In this document: positions 12,851 through 27,700 of the stretch, in pieces | Layout of the letters: every line of letters begins with the position of its first letter | How positions within the stretch are numbered: the first letter of the stretch is position 1 | From: Leptogorgia sarmentosa | Taxonomy: Eukaryota | Direction: 5' to 3' | Assembly: GCA_964658305.1 (NCBI GenBank) | Contig: OZ210884.1 | Coordinates: forward strand, 2,480,001-2,544,000 | Length of the DNA stretch: 64,000 nt | Notes under the pieces: model-generated | What the model was told of the DNA's origin: nothing | Databases searched by the model: none | Seen by the model: the letters and a program-made list of their open reading frames with translations, nothing else | Translations under genes and position numbers: made by a program

Positions 12851-15800
12851 TGGTGGCGACACCATTCAAAATGGAAGCCACAGAAGCAATCAAGTCCCTT
12901 CTCCTGGTATGGTATATTTGCTATTGCTCCTGTTGAGATTCCTTTGAAACAACGGGCTACCCATCATAATGCCCTTGCTCGTATTTTTATAACAGGTTTA
13001 CGAAATTTACGCTGTACATTGCTCTTGGCGATGGTGAATACGCATGGTAAATTTGGTGGCGACACCATTCAAAATGGAAGCCACAGAAGCAATCAAGTCC
13101 CTTCACCTGGTATGGTATATTTGCTATTGCTATTGCTCCTGTTGAGATTCCTTTGAAACAACGGGCTACCCATCATCATGCCCTTGCTCGTATTTTTATC
13201 ACAGGTTTACGAAATTTTCGCTGCACATTGCTCTTGGCATGGTGAATACGCATGGTAAATTTGGTGGCGACACCATTCAAAATGGAAGCCACAGAAGCAA
13301 TCAAGTCCCCTCACCTGGTATGGTGTATTTGCTATTGCTATTGCTCCTGTTGAGATTCCTTTGAAACAACGGGCTACCCATCATCATGCCCTTGCTCGTA
13401 TTTTTATCACAGGTTTACGAAATTTTCGCTGCACATTGCTCTTGGCATGGTGAATACGCATGGTAAATTTTGTGGCGACACCATTTAAAATGGATGCCAC
13501 AGAAGCAATCAAGTCCCTTCACCTGGTATGGTATATTTGCTATTGCTATTGCTCCTGTTGAGATTCCTTTGAAACAACGGGCTACCCATCATCATGCCCT
13601 TGCTAGTATTTTTATCACAGGTTTACGAAATTTTCGCTGCACATTGCTCTTGGCATGGTGAAAACGCATGGTAAATTTCGTGGCGACACCATTCAAAATG
13701 GAAGCCACAGAAGCAATCAAGTCCCTTCACCTGGTATGGTATATTTGCTATTGCTATTGCTCCTGTTGAGATTCCTTTGAAACAACGGGCTACCCATCAT
13801 CATGCCCTTGCTCGTATTTTTATCACAGGTTTACGAAATTTTCGCTGCACATTGCTCTTGGCATGGTGAATACGCATGGTAAATTTGCTGGCGACACCAT
13901 TCAAAATGGAAGCCACAGAAGCAATCAAGTCCCTTCACCTGGTATTGTGTATTTGCTATTGCTATTGCTCCTGTTGAGATTCCTTTGAAACAATGGGCTA
14001 CCCATCATCATGTCCTTGCTCGTATTTTTATCACAGGTTTACGAAATTTTCGCTGCACATTGCTCTTGGCATGGTGAATACGCATGGTAAATTCGGTAGC
14101 GACACCATTCAAAATGGAAGCCACAGAAGCAATCAAGTCCCTTCACCTGGTATGGTATATTTGCTATTGCTATTGCTCCTGTTGAGATTACTTTGAAACA
14201 ACGGGCTACCCATCATCATGCCCTTGCTCGTATTTTTATCAAGGGTTTACGAAATTTTCGCTGCACATTGCCCTTGGCATGGTGAATACGCATGGTAAAT
14301 TTGGTGGCGACACCATTCAAAATGGAAGCCACAGAAGCAATCAAGTCCCTTCACCTGGTATGGTATATTTGCTATTGCTATTGCTCCTGTTGAGATTCCT
14401 TTGAAACAACGGGCTACCCATCATCATGTCCTTGCTCGTATTTTTATCACAGGTTTACGAAATTTTCGCTGCACATTGCTCTTGGCATGGTGAATACGCA
14501 TGGTAAATTCGGTAGCGACACCATTCAAAATGGAAGCCACAGAAGCAATCAAGTCCCTTCACCTGGTATGGTATATTTGCTATTGCTATTGCTCCTGTTG
14601 AGATTCCTTTGAAACAACGGGCTACCCATCATCAAGCCCTTGCTCGTATTTTTATCACAGGTTTACGAAATTTTCGCTGCACATTGCTCTTGGCATGGTG
14701 AATACTCATGGTAAATTTGATGGCGACACCATTCAAAATGGAAGCCACAGAAGCAATCAAGTCCCTTCACCTGGTATGGTATATTTGCTATTGCTATTGC
14801 TCCTGTTGAGATTCCTTTGAAACAACGGGCTACCCATCATCATGCCCTTGCTCGAATTTTTATCACAGGTTTACGAAATTTTCACTGCACATTGCTCTTA
14901 GCATGGTGAATACGCAACGTAAATTTGGTGGCGACACCATTCAAAATGGAAGCCACAGAAGCAATCAAGTCCCTTCACCTGATATGGTATATTTGCTATT
15001 GCTATTGCTCCTGTTGAGATTCCTTTGAAACAACGGGCTACCCATCATCATGCCCTTGCTCGTATTTTTATCACAGGTTTACGAAATTTTCGCTGCACAT
15101 TGCTCTTGGCATGGTGAATACGCATGGGAAATTTGGTGTCGACACCATTCAAAATGGAAGCCACAGAAGCAATCAAGTCCCTTCACTTGGTATGGTATAT
15201 TTGCTATTGCTATTGCTCCTGTTGAGATTCCTTTGAAACAACGGGCTACCCATCATCATGCCCTTGCTCGTATTTTTATTACAGGTTTACCAAATTTACG
15301 CTGCGCATTGCTCTTGGCATGGTGAATACGCATGGTAAATTTGGTGGCGACACCAGTCAAAATGGAAGCCACAGAAGCAATCAAGTCCCTTCACCTGGTA
15401 TGGTATCTTTGCTATTGCTCCTGTTGAGATTCCTTTGAAACAACGGGCTACCCATCATCATGCACTTGCTCGTATTTTTATCACCGGTTTACCAAATTTA
15501 CGCTGCGCATTGCTCTTGGCATGGTGAATACGCATGGTAAATTTGGTGGCGACACCAGTCAAAATGGAAGCCACAGAAGCAATCAAGTCCCTTCACCTGG
15601 TATGGTATCTTTGCTATTGCTCCTGTTGAGATTCCTTTGAAACAACGGGCTACCCATCATCATGCCCTTGCTCGTATTTTTATCACAGGTTTACGAAATT
15701 TACGCTGCACATTGCTCTTGGCATGGTGAATACGCATGGTAAATTTGGTGGCGACACCATTCAAAATGGAAGCCACAGAAGCAATCAAGTCCCTTCACCT

Positions 15801-16459
15801 GGTATGGTATATTTGCTATTGCTATTGCTCCTGTTGAGATTCCTTTGAAGCAACGGGCTACCCATCATCATGCCCTTGCTCGTATTTTTATCACAGGTTT
15901 ACAAAATTTTCGCTGCACATTGCTCTTGGCATGGTGAATACGCATGGTAAATTTGGTGGCGACACCATTCAAAATGGAAGCTACAGAAGCAATCAAGTCC
16001 CTTCTCCTGGTATGGTAAATTTGCTATTGCTCCTGTTGAGATTCCTTTGAAACCACGGGCTACCCATCATCATGCCCTTGCTCGTATTTTTATCCCAGGT
16101 TTACGAAATTTACGCTGCACATTGCTCTTGGCATGGTGAATACGCATGGTAAATTTGGTGGCGACACCATTCAAAATGGAAGCCACAGAAGCAATCAAGT
16201 CCCTTCACCTGGTATGGTATATTTGCTATTGCTATTGCTCAAGTTGAGATTCCTTTGAAACAACGGGCTACCCATCATCATGCCCTTGCTCGTATTTTTA
16301 TCACAGGTTTACGAAATTTTCGCTGCACATTGCTCTTGGCATGGTGAATACGCATGGTAAATTTGGTGGCGACACCATTCAAAATGGAAGCCACAGAAGC
16401 AATCAAGTCCCTTCACCTGGTATGGTATATTTGCTATTGCTATTGCTCCTGTTGAGATT

Positions 16460-19400
16460 CCTTTGAAACAACGGGCTACCCATCATCATGCCCTTGCTCG
16501 TATTTTTATCACAGGTTTACGAATTTTGGCTGCGCATTGCTCTTGGCATGGTGAATACGCATGGTAAATTTGGTGGCGACACCATTCAAAATGGAAGCCA
16601 CAGAAGCAGTCAAGTCCCTTCACCTGGGATGGTATATTTGCTATTGCTATTGCTCCTGTTGAGATTCCTTTGAAACAACGGGCTACCCATCATCATGCCC
16701 TTGCTCGTATTTTTATCACAGGTTTACGAAATTTTCGCTGCGCATTGCTCTTGGCATGGTGAATACGCATGGTAAATTTGGTGGCGACACCATTCAAAAT
16801 GGAAGCCACAGAAGCAATCAAGTCCCTTCTCCTGGTATGGTATATTTGCTATTGCTCCTGTTGAGATCCTTTGAAACAACGGGCTACCCATCATAATGCC
16901 CTTGCTCGTATTTTTATAACAGGTTTACGAAATTTACGCTGTACATTGCTCTTGGCGATGGTGAATACGCATGGTAAATTTGGTGGCGACACCATTCAAA
17001 ATGGAAGCCACAGAAGCAATCAAGTCCCTTCACCTGGTATGGTATATTTGCTATTGCTCCTGTTGAGATTCCTTTGAAACAACGGGCTACCAATCATCAT
17101 GCCCTTGCTCGTATTTTTATCACAGGTTTACGAAATTTACGCTGCACATTGCTCTTGGCATGGTGAATACGCATGGTGAATTTGGTGGCGACACCATTCA
17201 AAATGGAAGCCACAGAAGCAGTCAAGTCCCTTCACCTGGTATGGTATATTTGCTATTGCTATTGCTCCTGTTGAGATTCCTTTGAAACAACGGGCTACCC
17301 ATCATCATGCCCTTGCTCGTATTTTTATCACAGGTTTACGAAATTTTCGCTGCGCATTGCTCTTGGCATGGTGAATACGCATGGTAAATTTGGTGGTGAC
17401 ACCATTCAAAATGGAAGCCACAGAAGCAATCAAGTCCCTTCTCCTGGTATGGTATATTTGCTATTGCTCCTGTTGAGATTCCTTTGAAACAACGGGCTAC
17501 CCATCATCATGCCCTTGCTCGTATTTTTATAACAGGTTTACGAAATTTACGCTGTACATTGCTCTTGGCGATGGTGAATACGCATGGTAAATTTGGTGGC
17601 GACACCATTCAAAATGGAAGCCACAGAAGCAATCAAGTCCCTTCACCTGGTATGGTATATTTGCTATTGCTCCTGTTGAGATTCCTTTGAAACAACGGGC
17701 TACCAATCATCATGCCCTTGCTCGTATTTTTATCACAGGTTTACGAAATTTACGCTGCACATTGCTCTTGGCATGGTGAATACGCATGGTGAATTTGGTG
17801 GCGACACCATTCAAAATGGAAGCCACAGAAGCAGTCAAGTCCCTTCACCTGGTATGGTATATTTGCTATTGCTATTGCTCCTGTTGAGATTCCTTTGAAA
17901 CAACGGGCTACCCATCATCATGCCCTTGCTCGTATTTTTATCACAGGTTTACGAATTTTGGCTGCGCATTGCTCTTGGCATGGTGAATACGCATGGTAAA
18001 TTTGGTGGCGACACCATTCAAAATGGAAGCCACAGAAGCAGTCAAGTCCCTTCACCTGGGATGGTATATTTGCTATTGCTATTGCTCCTGTTGAGATTCC
18101 TTTGAAACAACGGGCTACCCATCATCATGCCCTTGCTCGTATTTTTATCACAGGTTTACGAAATTTTCGCTGCGCATTGCTCTTGGCATGGTGAATACGC
18201 ATGGTAAATTTGGTGGCGACACCATTCAAAATGGAAGCCACAGAAGCAATCAAGTCCCTTCTCCTGGTATGGTATATTTGCTATTGCTCCTGTTGAGATC
18301 CTTTGAAACAACGGGCTACCCATCATAATGCCCTTGCTCGTATTTTTATAACAGGTTTACGAAATTTACGCTGTACATTGCTCTTGGCGATGGTGAATAC
18401 GCATGGTAAATTTGGTGGCGACACCATTCAAAATGGAAGCCACAGAAGCAATCAAGTCCCTTCACCTGGTATGGTATATTTGCTATTGCTCCTGTTGAGA
18501 TTCCTTTGAAACAACGGGCTACCAATCATCATGCCCTTGCTCGTATTTTTATCACAGGTTTACGAAATTTACGCTGCACATTGCTCTTGGCATGGTGAAT
18601 ACGCATGGTGAATTTGGTGGCGACACCATTCAAAATGGAAGCCACAGAAGCAGTCAAGTCCCTTCACCTGGTATGGTATATTTGCTATTGCTATTGCTCC
18701 TGTTGAGATTCCTTTGAAACAACGGGCTACCCATCATCATGCCCTTGCTCGTATTTTTATCACAGGTTTACGAAATTTTCGCTGCGCATTGCTCTTGGCA
18801 TGGTGAATACGCATGGTAAATTTGGTGGTGACACCATTCAAAATGGAAGCCACAGAAGCAATCAAGTCCCTTCTCCTGGTATGGTATATTTGCTATTGCT
18901 CCTGTTGAGATTCCTTTGAAACAACGGGCTACCCATCATCATGCCCTTGCTCGTATTTTTATAACAGGTTTACGAAATTTACGCTGTACATTGCTCTTGG
19001 CGATGGTGAATACGCATGGTAAATTTGGTGGCGACACCATTCAAAATGGAAGCCACAGAAGCAATCAAGTCCCTTCACCTGGTATGGTATATTTGCTATT
19101 GCTCCTGTTGAGATTCCTTTGAAACAACGGGCTACCAATCATCATGCCCTTGCTCGTATTTTTATCACAGGTTTACGAAATTTACGCTGCACATTGCTCT
19201 TGGCATGGTGAATACGCATGGTGAATTTGGTGGCGACACCATTCAAAATGGAAGCCACAGAAGCAGTCAAGTCCCTTCACCTGGTATGGTATATTTGCTA
19301 TTGCTATTGCTCCTGTTGAGATTCCTTTGAAACAACGGGCTACCCATCATCATGCCCTTGCTCGTATTTTTATCACAGGTTTACGAAATTTTCGCTGCGC

Positions 19401-19530
19401 ATTGCTCTTGGCATGGTGAATACGCATGGTAAATTTGGTGGCGACACCATTCAAAATGGAAGCCACAGAAGCAATCAAGTCCCTTCTCCTGGTATGGTAT
19501 ATTTGCTATTGCTCCTGTTGAGATTCCTTT
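16460..19530. repeat. 7-mer HOR, 1432 bp x2, containing nested 613-bp 3-mers
   Basis: ORF pairs 16488/17920, 16871/18303 and 17484/18916 (+1432); 16871/17484 and 18303/18916 (+613). Markers GAATTTTGGCT, GAGATCCT, TATAACAGG, ACCAATC, GGTGAATTTGG. Confidence 0.9.
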
Positions 19531-20679
19531 GAAACAACGGGCTACCCATCATCATGCCCTTGCTCGTATTTTTATCACAGGTTTACGAAATCTACGCTGC
19601 ACATTGCTCTTGGCATGGTCAATACGCATGGTAAATTTGGTGGCGACACCATTCAAAATGGAAGCCACAGAAGCAATCAAGTCCCTTCACCTGGTATGGT
19701 ATATTTGCTATTGCTCCTGTTGAGATTCCTTTGAAACAACGGGCTACCCATCATCAAGCCCTTGCTCGTATTTTTATCACAGGTTAACGAAATTTTCGCT
19801 GCACATTGCCCTTGGCATGGTGAATACGCATGGTAAATTTGGTGGCGACACCATTCAAAATGGAAGCCACAGAAGCAATCAAGTCCCTTCACCTGGTATG
19901 GTATATTTGCTATTGCTATTGCTCCTGTTGAGATTACTTTGAAACAACGGGCTACCCATCATCATGCCCTTGCTCGTATTTTTATCACAGGTTTACGAAA
20001 TTTTCGCTGCACATTGCCCTTGGCATGGTGAATACGCATGGTAAATTTAGTTGCGACACCATTCAAAATGGAAGCCACAGAAGCAATCAAGTCCCTTCAC
20101 CTGGTATGGTATATTTGCTATTGCTATTGCTCCTGTTGAGATTACTTTGAAACAACGGGCTACCCATCATCATGCCCTTGCTCGTATTTTTATCACAGGT
20201 TTACGAAATTTTCGCTGTACATTGCTCTTGGCATGGTGAATACGCATGTTAAATTTGGTGGCGACACCATTCAAAATGGAAGCCACAGAAGCAATCAAGT
20301 CCCTTCACCTGGTATGGTATATTTGCTATTGCTATTGCTCCTGTTGAGATTCCTTTGAAACAACGGGCTACCCATCATCATGCCCTTGCTCGTATTTTTA
20401 TCACAGGTTTACGAAATTTTCGCTGCACATTGCTCTTGGCATGGTGAATACGCATGGTAAATTTGGTGGCGACACCATTCAAAATGGAAGCCACAGAAGC
20501 AATCAAGTCCCTTCACCTGGTATGGTATATTTGCTATTGCTATTGCTCCTGTTGAGATTCCTTTGAAACAACGGGCTACCCATCATCATGCCCTTGCTCG
20601 TATTTTTATTACAGGTTTACCAAATTTACGCTGCGCATTGCTCTTGGCATGGTGAATACGCATGGTAAATTTGGTGGCG

Positions 20680-23600
20680 ACACCAGTCAAAATGGAAGCC
20701 ACAGAAGCAATCAAGTCCCTTCACCAGGTATGGTATCTTTGCTATTGCTCCTGTTGAGATTCCTTTGAAACAACGGGCTACCCATCATCATGCACTTGCT
20801 CGTATTTTTATCACCGGTTTACCAAATTTACGCTGCGCATTGCTCTTGGCATGGTGAATACGCATGGTAAATTTGGTGGCGACACCAGTCAAAATGGAAG
20901 CCACAGAAGCAATCAAGTCCCTTCACCTGGTATGGTATCTTTGCTATTGCTCCTGTTGAGATTCCTTTGAAACAACGGGCTACCCATCATCATGCCCTTG
21001 CTCGTATTTTTATCACAGGTTTACCAAATTTACGCTGCACATTGCTCTTGGCATGGTGAATACGCATGGTAAATTTGGTGGCGACACCATTCAAAATGGA
21101 AGCCACAGAAGCAATCAAGTCCCTTCACCTGGTATGGTATATTTGCTATTGCTATTGCTCCTGTTGAGATTCCTTTGAAGCAACGGGCTACCCATCATCA
21201 TGCCCTTGCTCGTATTTTTATCACAGGTTTACGAAATTTTCGCTGGACATTGCTCTTGGCATGGTGAATACGCATGGTAAATTTGGTGGCGACACCATTC
21301 AAAATGGAAGCTACAGAAGCAATCAAGTCCCTTCACCTGGTATGGTATCTTTGCTATTGCTCCTGGTGAGATTCCTTTGAAACAACGGGCTACCCATCAT
21401 CATGCCCTTGCTCGTATTTTTATCACAGGTTTACGAAAGTTTCGCTGCACATTGCTCTTGGCATGGTGAATACGCATGGTAAATTCGGTGGCGACACCAT
21501 TCAAAATCGAAGCCACAGAAGCAATCAAGTCCCTTCTCCTGGTATGGTAAATTTGCTATTGCTCCTGTTGAGATTCCTTTGAAACAACGGGCTACCCATC
21601 ATCATGCCCTTGCTCGTATTTTTATCCCAGGTTTACGAAATTTACGCTGCGCATTGCTCTTGGCATGGTGAATACGCATGGTAAATTTGGTGGCGACACC
21701 ATTCAAAATGGAAGCCACAGAAGCAATCAAGTCCCTTCACCTGGTATGGTATATTTGCTATTGCTATTGCTCCTGTTGAGATTACTTTGAAACAACGGGC
21801 TACCCATCATCATGCCCTTGCTCGTATTTTTATCACAGGTTTACGAAATTTTCGCTGTACATTGCTCTTGGCATGGTGAATACGCATGGTAAATTTGGTG
21901 GCGACACGATTCAAAATGGAAGCCACAGAAGCAATCAAGTCCCTTCACCTGGTATGGTATATTTGCTATTGCTATTGCTCCTGTTGAGATTCCTTTGAAA
22001 CAACGGGCTACCCATCATCATGCCCTTGCTCGTATTTTTATCACAGGTTTACGAAATTTTCGCTGCGCATTGCTCTTGGCATGGTGAATACGCATGGTAA
22101 ATTTGGTGGCGACACCATTCAAAATGGAAGCCACAGAAGCAGTCAAGTCCCTTCACCTGGGATGGTATATTTGCTATTGCTATTGCTCCTGTTGAGATTC
22201 CTTTGAAACAACGGGCTACCCATCATCATGCCCTTGCTCGTATTTTTATCACAGGTTTACGAAATTTTCACTGCGCATTGCTCTTGGCATGGTGAATACG
22301 CATGGTAAATTTGGTGGCGACACCATTCAAAATGGAAGCCACAGAAGCAATCAAGTCCCTTCTCCTGGTATGGTGGTATATTTGCTATTGCTCCTGTTGA
22401 GATTCCTTTGAAACAACGGGCTACCCATCATAATGCCCTTGCTCGTATTTTTATAACAGGTTTACGAAATTTACGCTGTACATTGCTCTTGGCGATGGTG
22501 AATACGCATGGTAAATTTGGTGGCGACACCATTCAAAATGGAAGCCACAGAAGCAATCAAGTCCCTTCACCTGGTATGGTATATTTGCTATTGCTCCTGT
22601 TGAGATTCCTTAGAAACAACGGGCTACCAATCATCATGCCCTTGCTCGAATTTTTATCACAGGTTTACGAAATTTACGCTGCGCATTGCTCTTGGCATGG
22701 TGAATACGCATGGTAAATTTGGTGGCGACACCAGTCAAAATGGAAGCCACAGAAGCAATCAAGTCCCTTCACCAGGTATGGTATCTTTGCTATTGCTCCT
22801 GTTGAGATTCCTTTGAAACAACGGGCTACCCATCATCATGCACTTGCTCGTATTTTTATCACCGGCTTACCAAATTTACGCTGCGCATTGCTCTTGGCAT
22901 GGTGAATACGCATGGTAAATTTGGTGGCGACACCAGTCAAAATGGAAGCCACAGAAGCAATCAAGTCCCTTCACCTGGTATGGTATCTTTGCTATTGCTC
23001 CTGTTGAGATTCCTTTGAAACAACGGGCTACCCATCATCATGCCCTTGCTCGTATTTTTATCACAGGTTTACCAAATTTACGCTGCACATTGCTCTTGGC
23101 ATGGTGAATACGCATGGTAAATTTGGTGGCGACACCATTCAAAATGGAAGCCACAGAAGCAATCAAGTCCCTTCACCTGGTATGGTATATTTGCTATTGC
23201 TATTGCTCCTGTTGAGATTCCTTTGAAGCAACGGGCTACCCATCATCATGCCCTTGCTCGTATTTTTATCACAGGTTTACGAAATTTTCGCTGCACATTG
23301 CTCTTGGCATGGTGAATACGCATGGTAAATTTGGTGGCGACACCATTCAAAATGGAAGCTACAGAAGCAATCAAGTCCCTTCACCTGGTATGGTATCTTT
23401 GCTATTGCTCCTGGTGAGATTCCTTTGAAACAACGGGCTACCCATCATCATGCCCTTGCTCGTATTTTTATCACAGGTTTACGAAAGTTTCGCTGCACAT
23501 TGCTCTTGGCATGGTGAATACGCATGGTAAATTCGGTGGCGACACCATTCAAAATCGAAGCCACAGAAGCAATCAAGTCCCTTCTCCTGGTATGGTAAAT

Positions 23601-24770
23601 TTGCTATTGCTCCTGTTGAGATTCCTTTGAAACAACGGGCTACCCATCATCATGCCCTTGCTCGTATTTTTATCCCAGGTTTACGAAATTTACGCTGCAC
23701 ATTGCTCTTGGCATGGTGAATACGCATGGTAAATTTGGTGGCGACACCATTCAAAATGGAAGCCACAGAAGCAATCAAGTCCCTTCACCTGGTATGGTAT
23801 ATTTGCTATTGCTATTGCTCCTGTTGAGATTACTTTGAAACAACGGGCTACCCATCATCATGCCCTTGCTCGTATTTTTATCACAGGTTTACGAAATTTT
23901 CGCTGTACATTGCTCTTGGCATGGTGAATACGCATGGTAAATTTGGTGGCGACACGATTCAAAATGGAAGCCACAGAAGCAATCAAGTCCCTTCACCTGG
24001 TATGGTATATTTGCTATTGCTATTGCTCCTGTTGAGATTCCTTTGAAACAACGGGCTACCCATCATCATGCCCTTGCTCGTATTTTTATTACAGGTTTAC
24101 GAAATTTTCGCTGCGCATTGCTCTTGGCATGGTGAATACGCATGGTAAATTTGGTGGCGACACCATTCAAAATGGAAGCCACAGAAGCAGTCAAGTCCCT
24201 TCACCTGGGATGGTATATTTGCTATTGCTATTGCTCCTGTTGAGATTCCTTTGAAACAACGGGCTACCCATCATCATGCCCTTGCTCGTATTTTTATCAC
24301 AGGTTTACGAAATTTTCACTGCGCATTGCTCTTGGCATGGTGAATACGCATGGTAAATTTGGTGGCGACACCATTCAAAATGGAAGCCACAGAAGCAATC
24401 AAGTCCCTTCTCCTGGTATGGTGGTATATTTGCTATTGCTCCTGTTGAGATTCCTTTGAAACAACGGGCTACCCATCATAATCCCTTGCTCGTATTTTTA
24501 TAACAGGTTTACGAAATTTACGCTGTACATTGCTCTTGGCGATGGTGAATACGCATGGTAAATTTGGTGGCGACACCATTCAAAATGGAAGCCACAGAAG
24601 CAATCAAGTCCCTTCACCTGGTATGGTATATTTGCTATTGCTCCTGTTGAGATTCCTTTGAAACAACGGGCTACCAATCATCATGCCCTTGCTCGAATTT
24701 TTATCACAGGTTTACGAAATTTACGCTGCACATTGCTCTTGGCATGGTGAATACGAATGGTGAATTTGGT
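20680..24770. repeat. 10-mer HOR, 2048 bp x2
   Basis: TCACCAGGTA at 20721/22769, TCCTTTGAAG at 21171/23219, and the 3-bp TGG insertion at 22371/24419, all +2048. Confidence 0.92.
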
Positions 24771-27700
24771 GGCGACACCATTCAAAATGGAAGCCACAGA
24801 AGCAGTCAAGTCCCTTCACCTGGTATGGTATATTTGCTATTGCTATTGCTCCTGTTGAGATTCCTTTGAAACAACGGGCTACCCATCATCATGCCCTTGC
24901 TCGTATTTTTATCACAGGTTTACGAAATTTTCGCTGCGCATTGCTCTTGGCATGGTGAATACGCATGGTAAATTTGGTGGCGACACCATTCAAAATGGAA
25001 GCCACAGAAGCAATCAAGTCCCTTCTCCTGGTATGGTATATTTGCTATTGCTCCTGTTGAGATTCCTTTGAAACAACGGGCTACCCATCATCATGCCCTT
25101 GCTCGTATTTTTATCACAGGTTTACGAAATCTACGCTGCACATTGCTCTTGGCATGGTCAATACGCATGGTAAATTTGGTGGCGACACCATTCAAAATGG
25201 AAGCCACAGAAGCAATCAAGTCCCTTCACCTGGTATGGTATATTTGCTATTGCTCCTGTTGAGATTCCTTTGAAACAACGGGCTACCCATCATCAAGCCC
25301 TTGCTCGTATTTTTATCACAGGTTTACGAAATTTTCGCTGCACATTGCCCTTGGCATGGTGAATACGCATGGTAAATTTGGTGGCGACACCATTCAAAAT
25401 GGAAGCCACAGAAGCAATCAAGTCCCTTCACCTGGTATGGTATATTTGCTATTGCTATTGCTCCTGTTGAGATTACTTTGAAACAACGGGCTACCCATCA
25501 TCATGCCCTTGCTCGTATTTTTATCACAGGTTTACGAAATTTTCGCTGCACATTGCCCTTGGCATGGTGAATACGCATGGTAAATTTAGTGGCGACACCA
25601 TTCAAAATGGAAGCCACAGAAGCAATCAAGTCCCTTCACCTGGTATGGTATATTTGCTATTGCTATTGCTCCTGTTGAGATTACTTTGAAACAACGGGCT
25701 ACCCATCATCATGCCCTTGCTCGTATTTTTATCACAGGTTTACGAAATTTTCGCTGTACATTGCTCTTGGCATGGTGAATACGCATGGTAAATTTGGTGG
25801 CGACACCATTCAAAATGGAAGCCACAGAAGCAATCAAGTCCCTTCACCTGGTATGGTATATTTGCTATTGCTATTGCTCCTGTTGAGATTCCTTTGAAAC
25901 AACGGGCTACCCATCATCATGCCCTTGCTCGTATTTTTATCACAGATTTACGAAATTTTCGCTGCACATTGCTCTTGGCATGGTGAATACGCATGGTAAA
26001 TTTGCTGGCGACACCATTCAAAATGGAAGCCACAGAAGCAATCAAGTCCCTTCACCTGGTATGGTATATTTGCTATTGCTATTGCTCCTGTTGAGATTCC
26101 TTTGAAACAACGGGCTACCCATCATCATGCCCTTGCTCGTATTTTTATCACAGGTTTACGAAATTTTCGCTGCACATTGCTCTTGGCATGGTGAATACGC
26201 ATGGTAAATTTGGTGGCGACACCATTCAAAATGGAAGCCACAGAAGCAATCAAGTCCATTCACCTGGTATGGTATATTTGCTATTGCTATTGCTCCTGTT
26301 GAGATTCCTTTGAAACAACGGGCTACCCATCATCATGCCCTTGCTCGTATTTTTATCACAGGTTTAGGAATTTTGGCTGCGCATTGCTCTTGGCATGGTG
26401 AATACGCATGGTAAATTTGGTGGGGACACCATTCAAAATGGAAGCCACAGAAGCAGTCAAGTCCCTTCACCTGGGATGGTATATTTGCTATTGCTATTGC
26501 TCCTGTTGAGATTCCTTTGAAACAACGGGCTACCCATCATCATGCCCTTGCTCGTATTTTTATCACAGGTTTACGAAATTTTCGCTGCGCATTGCTCTTG
26601 GCATGGTGAATACGCATGGTAAATTTGGTGGGGACACCATTCAAAATGGAAGCCACAGAAGCAGTCAAGTCCCTTCACCTGGGATGGTATATTTGCTATT
26701 GCTATTGCTCCTGTTGAGATTCCTTTGAAACAACGGGCTACCCATCATCATGCCCTTGCTCGTATTTTTATCACAGGTTTAGGAAATTTTCGCTGCGCAT
26801 TGCTCTTGGCATGGTGAATACGCATGGTAAATTTGGTGGCGACACCATTCAAAATGGAAGCCACAGAAGCAATCAAGTCCCTTCTCCTGGTATGGTATAT
26901 TTGCTATTGCTCCTGTTGAGATTCCTTTGAAACAACGGGCTACCCATCATCATGCCCTTGCTCGTATTTTTATCACAGGTTTAGGAAATTTTCGCTGCGC
27001 ATTGCTCTTGGCATGGTGAATACGCATGGTAAATTTGGTGGGGACACCATTCAAAATGGAAGCCACAGAAGCAGTCAAGTCCCTTCACCTGGGATGGTAT
27101 ATTTCCTATTGCTATTGCTCCTGTTGAGATTCCTTTGAAACAACGGGCTACCCATCATCATGCCCTTGCTCGTATTTTTATCACAGGTTTAGGAAATTTT
27201 CGCTGCGCATTGCTCTTGGCATGGTGAATACGCATGGTAAATTTGGTGGCGACACCATTCAAAATGGAAGCCACAGAAGCAATCTAGTCCCTTCTCCTGG
27301 TATGGTATATTTGCTATTGCTCCTGTTGAGATTCCTTTGAAACAACGGGCTACCCATCATAATGCCCTTGCTCGTATTTTTATAACAGGTTTACGAAATT
27401 TACGCTGTACATTGCTCTTGGCGATGGTGAATACGCATGGTAAATTTGGTGGCGACACCATTCAAAATGGAAGCCACAGAAGCAATCAAGTCCCTTCACC
27501 TGGTATGGAATATTTGCTATTGCTCCTGTTGAGATTCCTTTGAAACAACGGGCTACCAATCATCATGCCCTTGCTCGTATTTTTATCACAGGTTTACGAA
27601 ATTTACGCTGCACATTGCTCTTGGCATGGTGAATACGCATGGTAAATTTGGTGGCGACACCATTCAAAATGGAAGCCACAGACGCAATCAAGTCCCTTCT

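Noticed and set aside
20680..24770. 2048-bp period as a computational or assembly artefact
   Set aside because: The length is consistent with ten monomers of mixed length classes, and the two copies differ at several sites (e.g. GCTGGAC vs GCTGCAC, CCGGTTT vs CCGGCTT), so the power-of-two value is probably coincidence.
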